From a virus, in the IMG/VR virus record IMGVR_UViG_3300040856_003829, positions 32,161-96,160 of that record: a stretch of 64,000 bases of DNA; one strand, given 5' to 3'. The notes under the pieces are model-generated. The model saw nothing but the letters and a program-made list of their open reading frames with translations, had not been told where the DNA came from and did not search any database. The position numbers and the translations under genes were made by a program. Shown here in pieces: positions 17,412-27,294 of the stretch. The first letter of the stretch is position 1, and the number at the start of each line of letters is the position of its first letter.

Positions 17412-18587
17412 ATGTCAGATTTAAGACCTTTAGGAAGTGAAAAATTAACTGGTGATGATAAGATTCAAAGAATCCTAGAAATTGCTAATTTCAAAAAAAA
17501 CGATGTAAAAAATAAAAATATAACTGAATCTGTAGTTACTCTAGCCGATGGTAAAACTTACGGTATCGAAAAAGAAAAGGGAGGTTATATTGTAAAGGTA
17601 CAGATAGATGAATCTAGTGATTTTGAATATCGTACTAATATAAAAAATAGAAGATACCATAAATCATTTTCTCAGGCTCTGAAAGAAATGAATTTGTTAG
17701 CAAAAGAGTTGAACAGACTAAACGAGAACAGTGAAAATATTGACTTATTTGTTGAACAGAAGAAATTTGTTCTCAAAACTCCAAAACCAGAAGTAAGTGA
17801 TGAACCAGCAATGGATGAACCAATGGACGATGGTGGTGATGATCTAAGTCTAGATTTAGATATGACATCTGATGAAGGTGACACAGAATTAGATATGGAC
17901 TTAGATGATGAAGATACTATGGGTGATTTAGATTTGGATTTAGATACTGAAACAACTCCAGCTGGTGAAGAAGGTGATGAGGAAGCGAGTTTTAAATCAG
18001 TACAAAAATTAGTCGGTAAATTAGGACAAAAGGTTAGATCATTAGAAAGTCAACAAGGTCTAACTTCAGAGGAAATTAAATACGTTTTAAATTCAGTTAT
18101 TTCAGCGGTTAATTTAGAGACTCTAACTGAGGAAGATAAAGATGACATTTTGGAAAACTTCGAAGAGGAAGTTGAATATGATGATTTAGAAGGTGATATT
18201 GATATCGATTCTACTGGTGATGAATTAGATCTTGATTTGGATCTTGACGCAGGTGGTGACGAAGGTGAAATGGGAGAACCATTAGAAATGGTCATGGATG
18301 AAATTTTTTCAGAATCAAAGGCTGAAGAAGTAATATCTAAGTATTACGACAAAGAAGTTGACGAAGAAATCAAAAATAAATCTTACTTGAAGGAGACAAT
18401 CGAAAAAGTAAAATTGAAAAAAGAAATCAATAGACTTTCTACCTCTGTAGAACAACAGGTAGTTTCGGAGTCAATTGTAAATGAAAACAAGAATATTAAA
18501 TTAGTTGGAAGAACAAATTTAAAAAATTTAGTTTTCGAAACAGAGGATAAAAAGTTTAAAATAAGTCCATCGGGTGAATTATTATGA
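17412..18587 (+). CDS. Acidic hypothetical head-associated protein
   Basis: 391 aa with DLDLD low-complexity tracts and a KIQRILEIA leader. Confidence 0.75.
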   Translation: MSDLRPLGSEKLTGDDKIQRILEIANFKKNDVKNKNITESVVTLADGKTYGIEKEKGGYIVKVQIDESSDFEYRTNIKNRRYHKSFSQALKEMNLLAKELNRLNENSENIDLFVEQKKFVLKTPKPEVSDEPAMDEPMDDGGDDLSLDLDMTSDEGDTELDMDLDDEDTMGDLDLDLDTETTPAGEEGDEEASFKSVQKLVGKLGQKVRSLESQQGLTSEEIKYVLNSVISAVNLETLTEEDKDDILENFEEEVEYDDLEGDIDIDSTGDELDLDLDLDAGGDEGEMGEPLEMVMDEIFSESKAEEVISKYYDKEVDEEIKNKSYLKETIEKVKLKKEINRLSTSVEQQVVSESIVNENKNIKLVGRTNLKNLVFETEDKKFKISPSGELL

Positions 18588-18991
18588 AACTTGTATATGT
18601 AAATGAATTAGGACCTAACTATAGGGGTGATAATGTTTATGAATTTATCTTTTCTGATAAAGAAAACGTTTGGGGAGAAGGATGGGATGAAAGTCCCGCA
18701 ATGTCAAAACCAGAACCACCTAATTTAGAATTTATATCACTTGTTAAAATTTTGAAAAATTCAGGTCTTGAACTAAATCTAATTCAAGACTCTGATTTTT
18801 TCTCTTTTTATGACTCAATTGATGGAGTCATTGCACTTGCTTGGGAAAACGAGGATTCTCATTATGTAGTTAATAAAAAATTTGATAGATTAGTATTTTC
18901 TTATGGTGAAACAGTACAAAGTATTGAAGATAAGATTTATGAAAGAGATCTAATCTTGATGGATGATAAAATTTTGATTGGAAATGAATAA
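18584..18991 (+). CDS. Conserved-looking hypothetical protein
   Basis: 135 aa, overlaps both neighbours. Confidence 0.7.
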   Translation: MKLVYVNELGPNYRGDNVYEFIFSDKENVWGEGWDESPAMSKPEPPNLEFISLVKILKNSGLELNLIQDSDFFSFYDSIDGVIALAWENEDSHYVVNKKFDRLVFSYGETVQSIEDKIYERDLILMDDKILIGNE

Positions 18992-19841
18992 AAATAGAAA
19001 AATATTGAAATTGGTAAGTGAGGGATTTAAGTATAACACACTTAAAGAAATGACTAATAGTGACATTCATCAATTATATAATAAAATTATCGGTGAATCC
19101 ACAACCACTACAGTTCAAAAGACCACGTATTCAAAACAAGACGTACAGTCAATGAAAAATAAAAATGCCGGTATAAAAGTTGATGATGGTACTGTAGTTC
19201 CAAATGACGATGGTTCAGTGACAGTGACCACACAAGAAGGTGAAATGGGAGAATCAGATATCAACACAATTAACCCGTATGACGGTCAACAAACTCAGGA
19301 CCCTAAACAAGTAGGTCCAAGTACGGATGACGGTATGGATAATTATCAAGATGGGATGATTGATGAGGAAGAAGATAATCCATATGCTATCTGCACATCT
19401 TCTTTAGGGTTAGTTGGTAGAAAAAGAGATTCCTATTCTAAAGAAGAATCTAAGAAGTTTGAAAGATGTGTTTTAGATGTTAAAAAAGAAAGTATTAGGA
19501 AATTAGAAGAATCTTTAGTATCTTTAATTTTAGAAACTGAAGGTATGATTACAAAAAAAGATTTGATCGAACAAGAAGTTGCACCTACAAGGGTTAAGCC
19601 TGGTACAAAAGAAAAACCCAAAAGAGGTACACCTTATAAACCAAAACATTCACCCAAACCAAAAGCGGGAAACACTGAGACTGCACCTACAAGAGTAAAA
19701 CCAGGAACAAAAGAAAAACCAAAAAGAGGTACTCCTTACAAACCAAAACATTCACCGAAGCCTAAGGCCGAGGATCAATCAATTCCAGATTTTTTCAAAT
19801 TCGATAATATCAATATTACATTTAAAGATGAGCAAGATTAA
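18984..19841 (+). CDS. Hypothetical protein with a duplicated basic Pro/Lys repeat
   Basis: NPYAICTSSLG motif; 29-aa repeat present twice. Confidence 0.7.
   Translation: MNKNRKILKLVSEGFKYNTLKEMTNSDIHQLYNKIIGESTTTTVQKTTYSKQDVQSMKNKNAGIKVDDGTVVPNDDGSVTVTTQEGEMGESDINTINPYDGQQTQDPKQVGPSTDDGMDNYQDGMIDEEEDNPYAICTSSLGLVGRKRDSYSKEESKKFERCVLDVKKESIRKLEESLVSLILETEGMITKKDLIEQEVAPTRVKPGTKEKPKRGTPYKPKHSPKPKAGNTETAPTRVKPGTKEKPKRGTPYKPKHSPKPKAEDQSIPDFFKFDNINITFKDEQD
19581..19769 (+). repeat. Two copies of an 87-nt unit encoding identical APTRVKPGTKEKPKRGTPYKPKHSPKPKA
   Basis: Copies at 19581-19667 and 19683-19769 differ only at synonymous sites. Confidence 0.85.
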
Positions 19842-21099
19842 AGAACAAATACAATATGACGGTCCAGAAAGAATGGATCAAGATATCGAAAGAAAGATTT
19901 CAAGTGGTGATACACCTCTGTCAGACAATCCAGCTTTTCCAGGAAAAGAAGAGGATGAGTTTGATAATAGTTTTGCGGAACTTGTAGCTTCTAAGAGATT
20001 TAAAGATGTTGTTGAAAAGGTTAAACAATATACTGGAATGCAAGAAGTTGCGGGTCAAAATGCTTTCATGCAATTACAGATGATGTTGATGAATGCCGTA
20101 AGACGTGTAAAGGAATTAGAATCAAATAATGAGGGTTTTTTAGAACAATTAGCTGTCGATCTCGTAAAAAAAGAAATGTCTTTACCGGACGATGCTTTTC
20201 AATATGACGTAGAATTAATGTCGATGCCAGGCGGTATTGACACTTCAAAAATGCAAGGACAACCTGAAGAATTTGAAGATGAGGAAATTCAGGATGTATT
20301 CGGTATTGAAAGTAATGAAGCCGAAGATGACCTTGAAAACTTTATGGCAGCATTTGAGAAATTTGATCTTGAGAAGGCTAAAAGGAGATTCATAAACTCA
20401 TTGATTCAAGGAGCATCAAAAAAGGGTCACTATATGTTCAATCTCGTTAGTGAAGAAATAAATAATATCAATCCAGAACTTCTAAATCTATATGGTGTAC
20501 TAATGTCTATTAATGATCTTCTATATTGGATTATGCCAGACCAAATGACTATGTCAGCCGCTGAGGGTGGTGAAGGAGTACAGGGTTCCGAAGAAATTGA
20601 TGAAACTACTGATCCACCTACGATCAGAGCTAAAGGTCTCTTTTTTCCAGTCCTTATTCATGAATTGATTAAAGGAGTTTACGAAGTTTTAGGAACTCAA
20701 GGTTTACCTGATGATCCTAGAGCTGCGGAAATGGTTATGGGTGCTGAAGATACATTACCATATGAAGTTTGGGATTTAAGACTTGGACCAGTCATTTGGG
20801 AAAAGTTCACTGAGTCCTATCCAGATAAACTTTTCGAAGATGATATGAGAGAAATTCAAAACTATCTATTCTCAAGATTTTCATCTTTGACTACCGATGA
20901 ATTCTTCGAGGTTGCTAGAATGATACTTTCAGGATCTGAAGAGGGTAAGAAAATTGTATCTAACATGGTTGATGAAATCATAGACGAATTAAAAGGATAT
21001 GATTATGAGGATGCAATGAGTCAATACTCAGATGATGACGACGATGATGAAGGAGGATTAGAAGATTTCTTAGGTGATTTAGGAATCTCTCTTACATAA
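19828..21099 (+). CDS. Hypothetical acidic protein immediately upstream of terminase
   Basis: 423 aa; KRRFINSLIQGA, HELIKG, EVWDLRLGP; stop overlaps the terL start. Confidence 0.8.
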   Translation: MSKIKEQIQYDGPERMDQDIERKISSGDTPLSDNPAFPGKEEDEFDNSFAELVASKRFKDVVEKVKQYTGMQEVAGQNAFMQLQMMLMNAVRRVKELESNNEGFLEQLAVDLVKKEMSLPDDAFQYDVELMSMPGGIDTSKMQGQPEEFEDEEIQDVFGIESNEAEDDLENFMAAFEKFDLEKAKRRFINSLIQGASKKGHYMFNLVSEEINNINPELLNLYGVLMSINDLLYWIMPDQMTMSAAEGGEGVQGSEEIDETTDPPTIRAKGLFFPVLIHELIKGVYEVLGTQGLPDDPRAAEMVMGAEDTLPYEVWDLRLGPVIWEKFTESYPDKLFEDDMREIQNYLFSRFSSLTTDEFFEVARMILSGSEEGKKIVSNMVDEIIDELKGYDYEDAMSQYSDDDDDDEGGLEDFLGDLGISLT

Positions 21100-22868
21100 T
21101 GGGTCTGACAAAGGAAAAAGTTTTACTAGAATACGCTAAGTGTGTCAGAGATACTGACTATGCTATGAGTACTTATCTACAAACATATGATAATACTCAA
21201 AAGGGATACGTACCTTTAAAATTATTTCCTGATCAAAAAAAATTGATAGAAGATTTTGAAAAACATGAAGAAAATATTGCTCTGAAATATAGACAAGCAG
21301 GTGTATCCACAGTCACATCGGCTTGGGTATCCAAGAAAATTGTATTTGCTTCCAAAAGTAGACCAGAAAAAATTCTGATAATCGCAAATAAATTAGATAC
21401 TGCGGTTGAGATGGCCAATAAAATCAGAGGGTTTGTTGATCAATGGCCAGATTGGTTAGGTATTAATTTCTCTAACGAAAAAAATTCACAGAGACATTTT
21501 AAACTAAGTAACGGTTGTGAAGTTAAGGCGGTTGCAACATCAAAGGACGCACTTAGGGGATATACACCTACCACACTAATTTTTGATGAGGCGGCTTATA
21601 TTGAAGCTGATGATGATTTTTGGGCAGCTTGTATGGCTTCCCTCTCAACAGGGGGTAAAGTGATTGTAATTTCAACACCTAATGGGTTTGACCCCATATA
21701 TTATCAGATATATGATCAGTCATTGAAGGGTATGAATGATTTCCAAGTCACCGAAATGTTTTGGTATCGGGATCCAAGATACACTTCTGACTTAAAGTTG
21801 GTTCAAACTAAAGATATAGTTCATTATTTGTTGAATAGAGAAGACTATAATGACAGTGAAATAACAATAGATTATTCACACATAAATCCCAGAGAAAGAG
21901 ACTTTGATGAGATCAAATCACATTTTGAAAAAGGATATAAACCATTGTCCTCTTGGTTCGAAGCTATGGCTAAAAAACTCAAGTTTGACAGACGAAAAAT
22001 TTCTCAAGAACTTGAATGTAATTTTCTTGGATCTGGTGATAATGTTATTCCCTCTGAAACTGTTGAATATCTAAAAGACAATTGTATAAGGGAACCTGAA
22101 AATAAATTTATGGGTGGTGCTCTTTGGCAATGGAAAGAACCGGTCATAGGTCACAAATACATTATGGGTATAGATGTTTCTCGAGGTGATAGTGAAGATT
22201 TTACGACATTTTGTATCATAGATTTCGATGAAAGGGAACAAGTTTTAGAATACTTAGGTAAGATACCACCAGATGTCGCAGCTGAAGTCGCTTACAAATG
22301 GGCAACAATGTATTCCGCATTTGTTGTTATCGATATTACTGGAGGTATGGGAGTTTCTACTTCACGTAAATTACAAGAACTAGGTTACAAAGACTTATAC
22401 GTAGAGGGAAAAGATGTATTCAACAAATGGAAATATGATCCGAAAGTTAACGAAAAAATACCAGGTCTAAATTTCAACTCAAAAAGAGTACAAATAATTT
22501 CGTCATTTGAGGAGTGTTTGAGACATAAGTTTACTGTAAGATCAATCAGACTTTTGAATGAACTTAACACTTTTGTATATATAAATGGTAGACCAGACCA
22601 TATGAAGGGACAACATGATGATTTGATAATGGCTATGGCAATGGCAATTTACGTCGGTGAAAATTCATTTACACAACTTAATAAATTGACCGAACAAACT
22701 AAAGCAATGGTTGACAGTTGGTCGTTACAAGAAAGTGACCAAAGTCAAAAAGTTGCAGATTTTAATCCATCAATACCAAACTACTATAGAAGTGAGGGTC
22801 ACCAAAGAGATGCTTTGAAGAAAGATTATAGAGAATATTCTTGGCTTTTTGGTAGAGGTTCTATTTAA
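21099..22868 (+). CDS. terL: Terminase large subunit (T4 gp17-like)
   Basis: KYRQAGVST (Walker A region), IFDEAA (Walker B), ISTPNG, QELECNFLGS, nuclease GIDVSRG and HDDLIMA. Confidence 0.95.
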   Translation: MGLTKEKVLLEYAKCVRDTDYAMSTYLQTYDNTQKGYVPLKLFPDQKKLIEDFEKHEENIALKYRQAGVSTVTSAWVSKKIVFASKSRPEKILIIANKLDTAVEMANKIRGFVDQWPDWLGINFSNEKNSQRHFKLSNGCEVKAVATSKDALRGYTPTTLIFDEAAYIEADDDFWAACMASLSTGGKVIVISTPNGFDPIYYQIYDQSLKGMNDFQVTEMFWYRDPRYTSDLKLVQTKDIVHYLLNREDYNDSEITIDYSHINPRERDFDEIKSHFEKGYKPLSSWFEAMAKKLKFDRRKISQELECNFLGSGDNVIPSETVEYLKDNCIREPENKFMGGALWQWKEPVIGHKYIMGIDVSRGDSEDFTTFCIIDFDEREQVLEYLGKIPPDVAAEVAYKWATMYSAFVVIDITGGMGVSTSRKLQELGYKDLYVEGKDVFNKWKYDPKVNEKIPGLNFNSKRVQIISSFEECLRHKFTVRSIRLLNELNTFVYINGRPDHMKGQHDDLIMAMAMAIYVGENSFTQLNKLTEQTKAMVDSWSLQESDQSQKVADFNPSIPNYYRSEGHQRDALKKDYREYSWLFGRGSI

Positions 22869-22898
22869 GTAATAGTATATTTCTTTATATTTATCAGT

Positions 22899-24749
22899 AT
22901 GGCAGATAACAATTATACAATTTGGCAAAGACTAACAAAGGTTTTTGGACCTGATTCAACCTTGGATCAGCAACCACCAGTTTTCAAATTTGATAAACAA
23001 GAATTATTAAAGACGACTAACAAGAGTGAGTATGAGAAGGAAAAACTACAAGCACAACAAACTTACTATTTAGGTCAACAGTGGCAAAAAATTGAAAATA
23101 ATTTATACACACAAGCCGTCTATTATGAACCTACTAGGTTAGCATCTTTTTATGATTATGAATCTATGGAGTATACTCCTGAAATATCTGCCGCATTAGA
23201 CATATACGCCGAAGAATCTACAACACCTAATGAAGATGGATTTATTTTACAGATATATTCTGAAAGTAAAAGAATAAAGTCTATACTCGCTGATTTGTTC
23301 AATAACAAATTGGATATTAATACGAATCTTCAAATGTGGACTAGAAACACATGTAAGTATGGAGATAACTTTGTATTTTTAAAACTTGACCCAGAAAAAG
23401 GTGTAATGGGAGGACAACAATTACCTAACATTGAAATACAAAGATTAGAGAGAGGTATGAAACTACGTCCTGAAAGAAACACTACCGATACTGAAAATGA
23501 TTCGTTAAAGTTTCTTTGGCAAGTTAAGGACATGAGTTTTAACACATGGGAAATTGCTCACTTCAGATTATTAGGTGACGATAGAAAGTTACCCTATGGT
23601 ACTTCCATGTTAGAAAAAGCTAGAAGGATTTGGAAACAATTAATCTTGTCTGAAGATGCGATGTTAATTTACAGAACATCTAGGGCACCAGAAAGAAGAG
23701 TCTTTAAAGTTTTCGTGGGAAATATGGACGATAAGGATGTTGAACCATATATCCAAAGAGTTGCGAATAAATTCAAGAGAGATCAAGTTGCAGATCCTCA
23801 AAATGGTAATGTTGATTTGAGATACAATCAGATGGCTGTCGATCAAGATTATTTCATACCTGTCAGGGACCCTAACGCACCTAATCCAATCGATACTTTA
23901 CCAGGAGCACAAAACTTATCTGAAATAGCGGATATTGAGTACATCCAAAAAAAGTTATTGACAGCACTAAGGGTTCCTAAAGCATTCCTAGGTTTTGAAG
24001 AAGTGGTGGGTGACGGTAAAACTTTAGCTTTACAAGATATCAGGTTTGCAAGAACAATTAATAAAATACAAAAGTCTATGATAGCAGAATTGAATAAAAT
24101 TGCTATTATTCACCTTTACATATTAGGATTTGAAGATGAACTAACAAACTTTACTCTTTCACTGACTAACCCATCAACTCAAGCAGACCTACTCAAAGTA
24201 GAAAATTGGCAATCTAAAATTCAACTATATAGAGATGCGGTCTCTGATCCTGGTAATGGAATCCAAGCAGTATCCAGCTCATGGGCTAAGAAACATATTC
24301 TTGGTCTTTCAGATGACGAAATTAAGTTGGATATACAACAACAAAGAATTGAAAAAGCCGTAGCTGCTGAATTAGAAAAAACACCTGAAGTTATTTCTAA
24401 GACTGGATTGTTCGCCAACATTGACAAACTTTACGGTAATAAGGTTGATCAAGATACGGGTGAACAAGAAGGTGAGGTTTCAGAACCATCTGATTCTGGA
24501 TTTGGAGATTTGGGTGGAGGACCTCCTCCTGATTTAGGTGGAGATTTAGGTGGAGACTTAGGTGGTGATTTAGGAGGTGATGAAGGTGGTGGTACTGAAG
24601 AAACACCCATAGAATCATTTGTAAAAAATAAGGATCTTGATTTAATTTTAGAGGATTCATTACTAAATGGTAAAGATTCTATTGATCTATCTAAAGGTCG
24701 TGAAGACTTGAAAGAAATCGAAGAAAAACTCAATAAACTTTTATTGTAA
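22899..24749 (+). CDS. Portal protein (T4 gp20-like)
   Basis: EDAMLIYRTSRAPERRVF, IDTLPGAQNL, DIEYIQKKL..ALRVP. Confidence 0.95.
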   Translation: MADNNYTIWQRLTKVFGPDSTLDQQPPVFKFDKQELLKTTNKSEYEKEKLQAQQTYYLGQQWQKIENNLYTQAVYYEPTRLASFYDYESMEYTPEISAALDIYAEESTTPNEDGFILQIYSESKRIKSILADLFNNKLDINTNLQMWTRNTCKYGDNFVFLKLDPEKGVMGGQQLPNIEIQRLERGMKLRPERNTTDTENDSLKFLWQVKDMSFNTWEIAHFRLLGDDRKLPYGTSMLEKARRIWKQLILSEDAMLIYRTSRAPERRVFKVFVGNMDDKDVEPYIQRVANKFKRDQVADPQNGNVDLRYNQMAVDQDYFIPVRDPNAPNPIDTLPGAQNLSEIADIEYIQKKLLTALRVPKAFLGFEEVVGDGKTLALQDIRFARTINKIQKSMIAELNKIAIIHLYILGFEDELTNFTLSLTNPSTQADLLKVENWQSKIQLYRDAVSDPGNGIQAVSSSWAKKHILGLSDDEIKLDIQQQRIEKAVAAELEKTPEVISKTGLFANIDKLYGNKVDQDTGEQEGEVSEPSDSGFGDLGGGPPPDLGGDLGGDLGGDLGGDEGGGTEETPIESFVKNKDLDLILEDSLLNGKDSIDLSKGREDLKEIEEKLNKLLL

Positions 24750-24763
24750 TATTTATAAATAAA

Positions 24764-25489
24764 ATGGCTATGAAAACTTTTGGACAACTCAAGACATATA
24801 TCGAAAATTCATTGACGGAATCATATGGTACTAATGAATTTAAAACAAACATGAAATTTTTCAAAGATAACGTATTATCTGACAAACAAATTTGTGAAGC
24901 TTACAGTATTTACGATAACCTAAGTGAATCACAAGAATTAGATCAAACAGTATCAGGAGAATATTTGGAAGAAAGTTTAACCATTTTAGAGAATATTCTG
25001 ATAAGTAACAAAGATAAGATCGGTAAACTCTCTGAAGGTTTGAAATTGGATGTTAATAATTATATTGATATTGATAATCTAGTTTACCATAAAACATCCG
25101 ATAAAATTCTAGAAAGAATTGAATCAAAAAATAAGATTAAATCTTTATTACAAGAAAGTAAGGTCGACATACCAACTTCTAAAATAGATTTACCTCTTTC
25201 TTCAATGAAAGTCATTGCCGCAAAAACATTCGATAGAAATTTTTCGAACTTGAGTGAGTCAGATCTAAATCAGGTAAAAAAATATTTATCGATGAGTAAT
25301 GATGAATTAAAGGTAGAGTATGAAAATGAAAAGACTAAAATTTTCGAAAGTCTTAATTTACAACTAAATGAATCATCTAGTGACCAAGAATTGAAAACAA
25401 AAGTTGATAAGACAATCGAGAAAATTAATTCTAATGAAGTAAACTTATTTTCTTTATTTCAATTGAAACAGTTATCAGAAAATCTGTGA
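24764..25489 (+). CDS. Hypothetical head-module protein
   Basis: 241 aa ORF between the portal and bS21 genes. Confidence 0.75.
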   Translation: MAMKTFGQLKTYIENSLTESYGTNEFKTNMKFFKDNVLSDKQICEAYSIYDNLSESQELDQTVSGEYLEESLTILENILISNKDKIGKLSEGLKLDVNNYIDIDNLVYHKTSDKILERIESKNKIKSLLQESKVDIPTSKIDLPLSSMKVIAAKTFDRNFSNLSESDLNQVKKYLSMSNDELKVEYENEKTKIFESLNLQLNESSSDQELKTKVDKTIEKINSNEVNLFSLFQLKQLSENL

Positions 25490-25663
25490 TTTTTTGTGTA
25501 AGTAAATCGCCTTCTTTTTAGATTTTCTTTTTTTAACACTTTTTTTCTCAAAAAACATATTAGAACGAATCTTTTCATTCTGTTTAACTTTTTGAACTTT
25601 GTTCTTGTAAATTTTCAGAGCCCTCTCTATCCCATCTTTTTTATTTACTTTGACTATTAGCAT
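25475..25663 (-). CDS. rpsU: Ribosomal protein bS21 (S21)
   Basis: MLIVKV...IERALKIYKNKV...FEKKSVKKR....KAIY aligns with Bacteroidota bS21; Tyr at position 54. Confidence 0.9.
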   Translation of the reverse strand: MLIVKVNKKDGIERALKIYKNKVQKVKQNEKIRSNMFFEKKSVKKRKSKKKAIYLHKKSQIF

Positions 25664-25681
25664 GTTATATAAATAGTTTCT

Positions 25682-25713
25682 TTTGACAAATGTACAAATA
25701 TAACTTATATTTT
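25682..25713 (+). promoter_or_regulatory. Bacteroidota-type promoter (TTTG-N20-TATATTTT)
   Basis: One mismatch to TTTG-N19-21-TAnnTTTG, upstream of the ORF at 25749. Confidence 0.5.
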
Positions 25714-25748
25714 TAATTATAAAAATAAACTATTATTATGTTTAAAAT

Positions 25749-26195
25749 ATGAAAAAAGGAAAAACCAGTCGGTTGAATTTTTTACAAAATGCGACATGTT
25801 TTTTTGGTACAGTTGACGCTAAAAAATTAAAATCATTATATATCGTTTTACAATGCTGGATCGAACCAACAGATCATTACGAGAATTGGGAAAGAATCGT
25901 AGGTAATTTGGAGAGAAAAATAAAACATACAGTCTTGGAGTCTATGGATTTAATAACATTCAAAAAATATAATATCATAGATCTAGACATCAGAAGTAGT
26001 GGTATAAAAGAAGGTAAGAGAAGTTTTGCGAATCTTGAAATTACACTATTTCTAAATGAAGAAAACGAAAATTTCAAATCCTTAATATTAAGAAATAAAA
26101 TAAAAAATATTATAGGTCAGATTTATAAAGAAGATCTTATGAAATCAAAATATTTCAAAATACATAAGTCTAAATCAATCAAAGTTTCATCTTAA
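25749..26195 (+). CDS. Hypothetical protein
   Basis: 148 aa ORF; DLDIRSSGIKEGKRSF. Confidence 0.75.
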   Translation: MKKGKTSRLNFLQNATCFFGTVDAKKLKSLYIVLQCWIEPTDHYENWERIVGNLERKIKHTVLESMDLITFKKYNIIDLDIRSSGIKEGKRSFANLEITLFLNEENENFKSLILRNKIKNIIGQIYKEDLMKSKYFKIHKSKSIKVSS

Positions 26196-26228
26196 ATCAA
26201 ATTCAAACTATTTATAAATAAATTTGAT

Positions 26229-26945
26229 ATGAAAGTTTTAGGACCCTCAGATATAGGAAAAGGTATATTAATTGAGTATGATGCCGGATCGATCTCACCA
26301 GGAGATTCAAGAAATGCCCAAGTTATCAAAGAATCTTATGGTGACTTAGATCACTCCAAGCCGTTTGTTTTTTACGCGACTTTACAAAAGTATGATATAC
26401 CAAATAGAAACGGTAGAACTTATCCAGAAAAAATATTGAGAAGAGAAGTTGAAAAGTATAAAAATAACATTCAAAAAGGTTTGGCAATTTCTGAGTTAAA
26501 CCACCCAGAATCTTCATTAATTGACTTAGATAGAGTTTCTCATTTAATAACTGACGTTTGGTGGGAAGGAAACACATTGATGGGTAAGATAAAGTTATTA
26601 ACCTCACCTGGTTTCCATGAAAGAGGTGTTGTTTCAACACCAGGTGATCAAGCGGCAAATTTAATGAGACAAGGTGTTACGATGGGTGTGTCATCAAGAG
26701 GTGTTGGATCACTTGTAAATAAAGGAGAAAAAAATGAAGTTCAAGATGATTTCGAATTAATATGTTTTGATTTGGTTTCGGCACCTTCAACTCCAGGAGC
26801 TTACTTATACTTAAATCCTGATGATAGAGGTAAGTATGATGAAAAACTAGATGAAGAAAAAAATCAAGAAAAAGAGGTAAATACAGATAAATTTACACGT
26901 TCACTTGATTTGATGACAAAGTTATCCGATTATTTAGATAAATAA
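26229..26945 (+). CDS. Prohead core protease (T4 gp21-like)
   Basis: NRNGRTYP, ELNHPE, VSHLIT, GVSSRGVGS, FDLVSAPSTPGA. Confidence 0.95.
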   Translation: MKVLGPSDIGKGILIEYDAGSISPGDSRNAQVIKESYGDLDHSKPFVFYATLQKYDIPNRNGRTYPEKILRREVEKYKNNIQKGLAISELNHPESSLIDLDRVSHLITDVWWEGNTLMGKIKLLTSPGFHERGVVSTPGDQAANLMRQGVTMGVSSRGVGSLVNKGEKNEVQDDFELICFDLVSAPSTPGAYLYLNPDDRGKYDEKLDEEKNQEKEVNTDKFTRSLDLMTKLSDYLDK

Positions 26946-26952
26946 TATTATT

Positions 26953-27168
26953 ATGGTTACAGCTGAAAAATACTTTGTGGTCAAAATACAGATTGATGAC
27001 GTAGATCCACAAACAGGAAGAATTAAAAAACTACGTGAAGAAAAGTTAGTCAATGCTATTAGTGTCACTGATTGTGAAGCTAAAGTTATGGAAAGAATGG
27101 GTAATATTTCATTGGATTGGAGAATTACTTCAGTCAGTGAAAGTAAGATTGACGAAGTTTTCGAATAA
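26953..27168 (+). CDS. DUF4494-like protein
   Basis: KYFVVKI...GRIKKLREEKLVNAISVTDCEAKV...ITSVSESKIDEV. Confidence 0.65.
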   Translation: MVTAEKYFVVKIQIDDVDPQTGRIKKLREEKLVNAISVTDCEAKVMERMGNISLDWRITSVSESKIDEVFE

Positions 27169-27191
27169 ACTTTCTACAACTAACAAATTAC

Positions 27192-27220
27192 AAGTCGAGG
27201 TAAAACTCGACTTTTTTGTT
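27192..27220 (+). terminator. Rho-independent terminator
   Basis: AAGTCGAG-GTAAAA-CTCGACTT followed by a T-tract. Confidence 0.8.
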
Positions 27221-27294
27221 TTCTAGAAATAGATGGCCAGATTTTTTTTAGTTTTTCACATATTTATTTAGAAATAAACCTTATTAATAAAAAA

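Noticed and set aside
21780-21960. Possible intein or intron in terL
   Set aside because: The extra segment is short, in frame and lacks intein splice motifs or an endonuclease
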